From an uncultured Rivularia sp. (GTDB lineage: Bacteria; Cyanobacteriota; Cyanobacteriia; Cyanobacteriales; Nostocaceae), in assembly GCA_963665115.1 (NCBI GenBank), contig OY762007.1:1664001-1728000 (forward strand): 64,000 nucleotides of DNA, read 5' to 3'. The notes under the pieces were generated by a model. That model had not been told where the DNA came from, did no database searches, and worked only from the letters and a program-made list of their open reading frames with translations. The translations under genes and the position numbers were made by a program. Of this stretch, positions 56,758-64,000 are shown piece after piece (the first letter of the stretch is position 1; the number at the start of each line of letters is the position of its first letter).

Positions 56758-57551
56758 ATGGCTGCATCAACAAACTCATCTCCCGTTGATAAATTGATAA
56801 ACTATGGCGACATAAGCGAAATGGAAGCAACTCCCGATTATGTCAAAGAATTTGGCTTTAGTGCAGAACATATCCCCGAACTCATAAGTATGGCAGGTGA
56901 TAAAGAGTTAAACTTTGGGGATGTTGACAGCTTGGAAGTATGGGCACCAGTTCATGCTGTGCGCGCATTAGGTCAATTACGCGCCGAAGAAGCAATTGAA
57001 CCTTTAACTAATTTAATTCACGAACTTGATGATGATTGGATGAGTACAGAACTATCCAATTTCTTTGCTGAGATAGGACATAATGCAATTCCTGCACTCC
57101 AAAAGTATATAGGAGACTCTTCCCATGAAAGCTATGAACGTGCGGATGCTGCAATGTCTTTGACTCAAATCGTCGAGAAGCATCCAGAACTCCGCAATAA
57201 GTGTGTAACAATTTTAACAGGCGAATTAGAAATTTTGCAGATAATGACCCAGATTTAAACGCTTGTTTGGTTGGGGAACTGATTGATTTAAATGCAGTAG
57301 AGTCTGCACCCGTAATTGAACGTGCGTTTGCTGCGAATCAAGTTATACCTTATTTAGTGGGAGATTGGGGTGAAGTACAGGTATCTTTGGGGCTAAAAAC
57401 AAGAGAAGAAGTTCCAATACGTAGATTTTCGCCCCAAGAAATATTTGAGTACTACGGGTACAAAACGAAAGCACAAAAACCACTTGGCTTTGCTACTAAT
57501 TTAACAACAAAACAGAAGAAGAAAAATAAGAAAAGTAAAAAGCATAAGTAG
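56758..57551 (+). CDS. HEAT-repeat / DUF1186-like protein, frameshift near 57230
   Basis: WAPVHA.RALGQLRA.EAIEPL; continues FADNDPDLNA..GDW.EVQ in the next frame. Confidence 0.7.
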
Positions 57552-58141
57552 ATGCTTTACACATCAAATTTTTAACAATTTATTATTAATTGATAAATGC
57601 ATTGGGTACAAATTACTTTACAATCCCAATGCAAGAAAAATCATTAATACATTTATCCCATTACTCAATATAATTAATTACTCCCGGTTCGCTCATTTTT
57701 TTTCGAGTTCAGAGATATTGCCTAAAATCGAAAAATCTATACACCGCAATAGTTTTCGCGATTTACCTAAATTTATCTTGAACTAACACTCTGCTCAAAA
57801 AACCCTACTTTATATGCGATCGCCCAAAGTCAGGAAGAAAGTACATTTGAATCATAGCCTGGAACCCTGATTAAATCGTTCAGCTTTCTTCTAACTCGAT
57901 TTTAAATGGGCGAACGGTGAGTAATTAGGTATAATCCGCAGAAATATTCAAAAATATACCTGGAGCAGAGAAAAATACTTCTATCATTACAAGCAAGTTA
58001 TCGATTTGAGAAGTTTATTATACTGGTCTACAAAATCATAAAACGTAGTTAGATTTATTATAACTAGTAGATAAACAAAATATTTAATATAAATACAAAA
58101 TTAGCTGTTGCTGAGGGTGAAAAATCAATGAGAAGAAAGTA

Positions 58142-58456
58142 ATGGAAAGCAACATAGAGGTTTATCGTTCAACAACCATCAAATTATTAGATAGTACTTT
58201 CTTGAATACCTTTATTTTGTCTGGTTTCGTTGAACTTGTAATTTGTTATGCTGATAACGAAAAATTTACAATTGAATTTCATCCCAATCAGATACCTATT
58301 TTAGAAAAGTTGTTGAACAATCTTCGCAGCGTTACGGAACAACAAATAAATCAAAAAATAGAAACTTTGCAATGGGAACTAGAAGAAATGAAAAGTTGTG
58401 ATTGTCAAATCCAAGCATCAGAATTTTTGCAAAACGGTAACAGTGTAAAACAATAA
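58142..58456 (+). CDS. Hypothetical protein
   Basis: 104 aa ATG ORF upstream of ardA. Confidence 0.55.
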   Translation: MESNIEVYRSTTIKLLDSTFLNTFILSGFVELVICYADNEKFTIEFHPNQIPILEKLLNNLRSVTEQQINQKIETLQWELEEMKSCDCQIQASEFLQNGNSVKQ

Positions 58457-58531
58457 ATAATAGCTGATTTTTAACACATGGGGCAAGTCTTAAAACTGCC
58501 CTTTCACTTCATTCAATAAAAATATTTTACA

Positions 58532-59272
58532 ATGAATATAATATTTGATTCAGAAATAGACGCTGTATCTGTAGCAGAACAGCTTTACAATGTTGAACGT
58601 TTGGATAATATTTTATTTATTCAAAATATTGATTTGAGAGCTTTAAATTTAGCTATTGCTTTAGCTCAGGTAAAAGTTGTTAAAAGAAATGCTAGTTTAA
58701 GATGTATGTTGCCATTTCCTAGTGAAGAAAGGGAATGTGCAGATGAAGAAACACCCAAAATTTATGTAGCTTGTCTGAGTGCTTATAATGCTGGGTATTT
58801 ACATGGCTTGTGGATTGATGGCACTCAACAACCAGAAGATATCGAAGACGATATTAAATGGATGCTTTCATGGTCTCCAGTTGCAGATACAGAATCTTGC
58901 GACGAATGGGCAATACATGATTACGAATGTTGGGAAGGAATACAGCTTAGTGAATACGAAGATATAGAAAAAGTTTCAGAATTAGCACAACTACTTGAAG
59001 AACACGGTAAAGCTTACGCAGTTTACTATCAGCACTATGGAGATAATTATGCTACAGAAGAAGATTTTAAAGACCGTTATTTAGGTGAATACGAAGACGA
59101 AAAAGATTTTGTTTACCAGATGTGGGAAGAGTGCGGAAAGATTCAACAGCTTGAAGAATTAAATATTCCCACGTTCTACATCGATTGGAAAGCAATTGCA
59201 CGAGACTGGTTTATAGATTCATATTTTTCAATTGAAGTCGGGCTTAGAAAAATCTACGTTTTTAATCGTTAA
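58532..59272 (+). CDS. ardA: Antirestriction protein ArdA
   Basis: IYVACLSAYNAG.LHG.WID, EWAIHDYE, YIDW.A.ARD; very acidic. Confidence 0.9.
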   Translation: MNIIFDSEIDAVSVAEQLYNVERLDNILFIQNIDLRALNLAIALAQVKVVKRNASLRCMLPFPSEERECADEETPKIYVACLSAYNAGYLHGLWIDGTQQPEDIEDDIKWMLSWSPVADTESCDEWAIHDYECWEGIQLSEYEDIEKVSELAQLLEEHGKAYAVYYQHYGDNYATEEDFKDRYLGEYEDEKDFVYQMWEECGKIQQLEELNIPTFYIDWKAIARDWFIDSYFSIEVGLRKIYVFNR

Positions 59273-59408
59273 AAAAGCGGGCTGAAGTAAGTCAAACAAC
59301 TCTACTTAAAAATTTACACATTAACTACCCACACATTTTCTCAAATTACTATAATTACTTTGTGCGAACTATCACTGATAAACAATAAGCCTTACTTCTT
59401 TCGTCAAC

Positions 59409-60224
59409 ATGAAAAAAGATTGGAGAAATGTAGAAAAAACCTTTCTTGAATTAGGAATTGACTACGAACTCAAGGATTGGCTTTACTGGTGCAAGGTAAA
59501 CGATCGGGAATTCTACTATTCTCCTCAAAAAGGAAAATGGAAACTAAAAGGAAGTAGAGCTTGGCAACAAAGTGAAAGTACGGTTGATTTCATTAATCAA
59601 GCAAAAAATTATTCACCACCAGATAGAACCAAATACCAACAAAAGAAAACATCTAAGAAGTCGAACTCTAACAATCGCAAGAAGAAACAGAGTACTCGCA
59701 CTAAGAACCAAACAGGAAATAATTATGATCTGCGTGAAAAGTTTCTCTACCGATTTGAGCAACATCTTATGATTCAAAGGGAGCGTAATTATAAAGTTGG
59801 TTGGATTTGGCGCTCTTTGATGAGCAGTTTCAAACTAACAGTAGCAGAAATTTGTTGGATGTCAGTTGTTTTCGACTATTCCCCTTGGTGGGCTTACTAC
59901 CAAATTAAGAATCTTGGTATTCATATAAGCCACGAAGAAGTTTTCAGAATCATTGATTCCAATCGAAACCATTGGCTAAGATATTTTAAAAGCCGTTGGG
60001 GTGGTTGGAATGAAGAACAATCTAATAATTCCAACAAATCGACTAACAAAACTTTACCCCATAAATATCATCTCGAAGTATTACAATTGAGCTTCCCTTT
60101 TACAAAAGAAGAACTTAAAAGCGCATACAGAATAAAATCATTAGAAACTCATCCAGATACTGGGGGCACTGCTGAAGCTTTCAGAAGAGTACATGATGCT
60201 TACCAAATTTTATCAAAAATATAA
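59409..60224 (+). CDS. Protein with C-terminal DnaJ domain
   Basis: LKSAYR....THPDTGG..EAF..V..AY. Confidence 0.8.
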   Translation: MKKDWRNVEKTFLELGIDYELKDWLYWCKVNDREFYYSPQKGKWKLKGSRAWQQSESTVDFINQAKNYSPPDRTKYQQKKTSKKSNSNNRKKKQSTRTKNQTGNNYDLREKFLYRFEQHLMIQRERNYKVGWIWRSLMSSFKLTVAEICWMSVVFDYSPWWAYYQIKNLGIHISHEEVFRIIDSNRNHWLRYFKSRWGGWNEEQSNNSNKSTNKTLPHKYHLEVLQLSFPFTKEELKSAYRIKSLETHPDTGGTAEAFRRVHDAYQILSKI

Positions 60225-60297
60225 TTTGATAGAAATTTCAAGAAGCCTAAATTAGCACTAGCCGACGGTTGTAAAAACAATCTAAGCGGTGCATATC

Positions 60298-60651
60298 ATG
60301 GGTTATGTTTACCTGTTACATTTCTCCCATCCCATCGGCAACCTAAAGAATCCGAAAGGAACTGCTCAACATTATTTGGGTTATACCAGCAGAAGTCTAA
60401 AAAAGCGTTTAGAAGAACACCAAAAAGGTGTAGGTGCAAAAATAACCCGTGCTGTTGTGCAAGATTATAAGTATAAATTGCAACTGGTTCGTCACTGGTC
60501 AAAATGTAATCGCGAATTAGAAAAACAATTAAAGCAGCGTCATAATTCAGTTAGCTTATGCCCGCTTTGTAAGCCGAGAAAAACTAATTACAAAAATTTA
60601 AAAATCAATCCTAACGTCATGTGCTTCGCACTAAAAAAGGTGAATAAATAA
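60298..60651 (+). CDS. Small GIY-YIG nuclease-family protein
   Basis: VYLLHF..HYLGYT..L..RL.EH..G.GA..T, E..LK. Confidence 0.7.
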   Translation: MGYVYLLHFSHPIGNLKNPKGTAQHYLGYTSRSLKKRLEEHQKGVGAKITRAVVQDYKYKLQLVRHWSKCNRELEKQLKQRHNSVSLCPLCKPRKTNYKNLKINPNVMCFALKKVNK

Positions 60652-60709
60652 CTCTTTAATTGAATTATTAAAGGGTGCAGATAATCTTGAATACTATATC
60701 GCTTCAATC

Positions 60710-60961
60710 ATGCTTAACATCAAACAAAATCGCCAATTAGGTCAACAAACATCTGCTCGAAAAGAAACAATTCAATACTACTACCGCGTTGCAGCATTAT
60801 GGTATGAAACTAAATCCCAAGCTATAAATCTACTTGATTGGAAACAATTATGGTCAGAAGCTAAAGAAGATGGAGAATTGCAACAATTTCTGATTGCTCC
60901 TGGATACCGCAACGAATACCAAAATCCTTATGCTGATAATGAAGGCGATTACCTTCGGTAG
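60710..60961 (+). CDS. Hypothetical protein
   Basis: 83 aa ATG ORF in a co-directional run. Confidence 0.5.
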   Translation: MLNIKQNRQLGQQTSARKETIQYYYRVAALWYETKSQAINLLDWKQLWSEAKEDGELQQFLIAPGYRNEYQNPYADNEGDYLR

Positions 60962-61003
60962 AGCTTCGCTTAACGCCGAGGTTATACACCACCAGAGTAC
61001 GAC

Positions 61004-61631
61004 ATGAAATCCTACTACAGTTGGCAGCATCAGCGTTTAACTGAAATATTTGCATCTGGTGTTGGCGATATCTCCATGATTGACAAACAAAATCCCGACG
61101 AGAAGCAGCTTCAAAATATCCATAAGAATCTTCGGAATTATATAGTCGAGCAATTGGATATTTTGCTGTTGGAAACCAGAACACCAACATCGACTAATTG
61201 AAATCAAATGCAACCTAACTTCTGATGAAATTGAAGAATGGATTGAACTGGATTCCGAAGATTATTTAAGTACCGAGGAACAAGAATATCGTAACGAACT
61301 TCGGGTGAAAATAATCTACGCTTTGACTGAATTACTAATAGTACTAAACAAGGAACGAATGAATAAGCGCAACGAGTTGAAACGACTCGAACAACAAGAA
61401 GACGTTGAACTGGTTAACCTCAAGCACGCTGAAACCTTAATGGCACGTAATACGGTATCTCAAGAACTGAGTGACGCTGATTTAAGAAAAGTAGTTAGTT
61501 CTCGTACTAGCAAACTGGAGGAAGCGAAAGCTTGGGCTGAAGAACATGGTTACGATTGGGAAGGTAAAGACAGCGATATCGAAAATGTTTCTGTTGTTGA
61601 GCAAAGCTTTTCCGAATGCTGTTCTAATTAA
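61004..61631 (+). CDS. Hypothetical protein split by a +1 frameshift near 61190
   Basis: The frame of 61305..61631 is open back past 61190 (RLIEIKCNLTSDEIEEW) and can join ORF 61004..61201. Confidence 0.55.
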
Positions 61632-61725
61632 TTAGAAAAATAATAATAAGGCTGGGTTCCCTTAACTCAGCTTTATTTTTTTTCAGTAAATTGTGTTGCT
61701 TCTAATTTTATAGCTGAGGATAAGT

Positions 61726-61956
61726 ATGAAAACTCCTATTTGTGCAAACTTTATTTTACAAAGTGCAGATAGTGATGACACAGTTTTTATAGTTACTACT
61801 ATAGAATAAAATATTGCCATAGTTGAAGTTCAAGATGGAGTTGAGAATTTATTAGGAGTACTTGAACTAACAATTGAGCAAGGACGGGTGATAGCTAAAA
61901 TTATAAGAGTAGGTTATCAAGAAAAACCTATAAAAATTCAATTGTGTACTCTTTAA
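61726..61956 (+). pseudogene. Small hypothetical gene with an internal TAA at 61807
   Basis: GAGGA SD; MKTPICANFILQS..TTIE*NIAIVEVQDG..IQLCTL stays in frame. Confidence 0.55.
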
Positions 61957-61982
61957 TGAAAGCAGTGCTAAGGATGAAAACC

Positions 61983-62198
61983 ATTATTAAATACCATAAA
62001 ATCATGAAAGTTAATTCTGAGTTAAATCCAAATCAAATTTCTGAATGTAGTGATAAATTAGAGGAAATATTAGAAGCTCATGGAATGGATATCTTCTGCG
62101 AAGCTGTGACAGAATTATTTAATTATCATCCATTAACTAAACCTACTGCTTATAGCTCGAAAACTTGGGTAGTTATGATGTTACCGGCGGGATTTTGA
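61983..62198 (+). CDS. Hypothetical protein
   Basis: 3' part of ORF 61944..62198; start uncertain. Confidence 0.4.
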   Translation: MIKYHKIMKVNSELNPNQISECSDKLEEILEAHGMDIFCEAVTELFNYHPLTKPTAYSSKTWVVMMLPAGF

Positions 62199-62307
62199 AC
62201 CAGATTCTATTGTAGGGATAGATAATCTTATGTTGACAGCGACCGATTTTTGAGTTTAATAAGTGTTACAATCATAGGCAATAAAAAAAAACTATAATGC
62301 CTACATT

Positions 62308-62589
62308 ATGCAACCTCAACAACCGCAATATAGTAAAGAAGAATTTGCAAGACTAGGTGATGAGATTTATTATCGCGATATTTATCCCCAACTTCAACCA
62401 GATAGTGTTAATAAAATAGTCGCTGTTGACATTGTTACAGGTGCATGGGAGGTAGATTTTGATGAGATTGCAGCTTCTAGTCGTCTCGAAAAACGTTATC
62501 CAGATGCGCAGATTTGGATTGTACGAGTTGGTTCTCGCTATGTTCGTCGATTTGGTGCAAGTCGTAGTCGAAAAGCAAAAATGGCATGA
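62308..62589 (+). CDS. Small partner protein of an aspartic-protease gene pair
   Basis: KIVAVDI.TG..E, YPDAQIW.VRVG; ATGA-coupled to the next gene. Confidence 0.7.
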   Translation: MQPQQPQYSKEEFARLGDEIYYRDIYPQLQPDSVNKIVAVDIVTGAWEVDFDEIAASSRLEKRYPDAQIWIVRVGSRYVRRFGASRSRKAKMA

Positions 62590-62960
62590 TTATTGGACAA
62601 GTGAATTCGGACTATGAGCCAATTATTTGTGTTGCAATTCATGATTCTAAGGGAAAGATATACGAGCGAGATGCAGTTATAGACACAGGTTTTGATGGTT
62701 GGCTTTCCTTGCCTCCAGATATTATTAATGAACTAGGGCTTAATTGGAAAAGACGCGGACGAGCATTATTGTCAGACGGTAGCGAAAGTATTTTTGATAT
62801 TTATGAAGCAACGGTACTTTGGGATGAGCAACTTTTAACAATTCCTATTGATGAAGCAGACTCAGATCCACTTGTTGGAATGTCGTTGATGGAAGGTTAC
62901 GAATTAAATATAGAGGTGATTAATGGAGGTATAGTAAGGCTGGTGAAGCTCAACTTTTGA
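62586..62960 (+). CDS. Clan AA aspartic protease (retropepsin-like)
   Basis: AVIDTGF and PLVGMSL motifs. Confidence 0.85.
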   Translation: MIIGQVNSDYEPIICVAIHDSKGKIYERDAVIDTGFDGWLSLPPDIINELGLNWKRRGRALLSDGSESIFDIYEATVLWDEQLLTIPIDEADSDPLVGMSLMEGYELNIEVINGGIVRLVKLNF

Positions 62961-63115
62961 TATGGTAATTATTATTACTTAACAAAAACAAGGAAGAAGC
63001 AATTGTATTAATATTTATCTGCATGAGAGTTAGGTAGATAATAGAGTTTTTATAGTTGAAAAGGTAAAAAAATTAAATATAGAGCAAGCCGGGTTGAAAA
63101 ATAACGGTGAGAAAC

Positions 63116-63475
63116 ATGACAAATCAAACCGAGAAAAACTCAACTGCTCAAATTCGCGCTCTCAACGATAAATTTCGTCAAACATTTGATAATAAACTGG
63201 GAAAAGTAATCATTACACACGGAGTCGGTTGTTTAAATACAAATCAGCTACAAAAATTACTTCAAGCGGTAAAGCAATTTAGCGATTTTAATAAAGATAA
63301 CGACCCTTGGAAAGAACATGATATGGGTAAAATAGAGTTATTTGATGAAAAGTTTTACTTTAAGATAGATTACTTTGACCGACAAAAATATCAACAAGGT
63401 ATTGGTTCAGAGGAACCATACAACGTTGATAAAACATTTCGAGTAATGACCATTATGCTTGCAAGCGAGTACTAA
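63116..63475 (+). CDS. DUF3768 domain protein
   Basis: LND.FR, F..F..DNDP..EHD.G, KIDYFD, RVMTIMLASEY. Confidence 0.85.
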   Translation: MTNQTEKNSTAQIRALNDKFRQTFDNKLGKVIITHGVGCLNTNQLQKLLQAVKQFSDFNKDNDPWKEHDMGKIELFDEKFYFKIDYFDRQKYQQGIGSEEPYNVDKTFRVMTIMLASEY

Positions 63476-63481
63476 TTTAAG

Positions 63482-63518
63482 AAGAGACGCTTGTGGTAAT
63501 TTTCCATAAGCGTCTCTT
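63482..63518. terminator. Hairpin between convergent genes
   Basis: AAGAGACGCTTGTGG..CCATAAGCGTCTCTT. Confidence 0.65.
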
Positions 63519-63532
63519 AAAATATAAACAAA

Positions 63533-63778
63533 TCAAAATTCTATGTCTTCAGAATCTTGATTATTTCTATTTTCTTCAATCATTTGATTAAATTCTTCAG
63601 AATTAACAAGTTTCTCAGTTTCTTCGTTTTCTTTCTCTCGTTCTTCCATTTTTTTCAAATCATCGCTAGTCGGATAATATAGTTGGTCAACATCAAGCTT
63701 ACCTTCTGCCAATAATTCCCCTGATGTCTTGTCTTGATAAGGATTACGAATCGAAATGTATTCTTTCTTTTGAGTCAT
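63533..63778 (-). CDS. Hypothetical acidic protein
   Basis: 81 aa with an AAGGAGG SD. Confidence 0.6.
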   Translation of the reverse strand: MTQKKEYISIRNPYQDKTSGELLAEGKLDVDQLYYPTSDDLKKMEEREKENEETEKLVNSEEFNQMIEENRNNQDSEDIEF

Positions 63779-64000
63779 TTTTACAAATCCTCCTTTTTTT
63801 ATACTGAATTTAATTTAAGCGAAAAGATTAGTAACCATTTTCCACATTATTATCTATTTTTACCGATTGATTTCCAGCAATTCTCGCATAAATAGAAGGT
63901 GCTATCTGCTGAAAGTGTTGAACGTCTGCTTCACTTAAACCATTAGCTTCAATTTCTTCAAGAGTATTACCAATTGACAATGCTTGATACTCCCCATCGG

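Overview
AT-rich cyanobacterial DNA, probably Nostocales. The evidence is frequent HIP1 GCGATCGC sites, heptamer STRR arrays, and Uma2, DUF4112 and DUF3768 genes. It is likely plasmid or ICE DNA (ArdA, RecD2, ParG-like genes). From left to right: (1) the 3' end of an IS605/TnpB element, toxin-antitoxin debris and small RHH regulators; (2) a decayed DUF499/DUF3780-like/DUF1156/PLD-SNF2 restriction-like defence system; (3) a ~30 kb CRISPR island bounded by a ~490 bp direct duplication; (4) a NACHT-WD40 gene, a broken recD2, ardA and plasmid hypotheticals. The island holds a type III-B-variant Cmr operon (HD-less GGDD Cas10, no cas6 in the window), CARF-RelE and TM-CARF effectors, and a Csx3-ATPase. 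It also holds a 90-repeat array, RT plus cas1 joined by an A9 slip site, cas2, an HD hydrolase and a WYL regulator. The best candidate for a new system is a complete ubiquitin-like conjugation module (NYN, TM protein, Ubl, E2, JAB-E1) inside this CRISPR locus. It shares a TGGAA-N8-TTCCW palindromic operator with the csx3/cmr operon and the WYL gene. A second candidate is a pair of four-helix-bundle (IVP/Avd-like) genes, each enclosed by inverted heptamer arrays, one of which has replaced part of recD2. Many single-base frameshifts may be sequencing errors. Family calls come from motif recognition only; no database searches were run.
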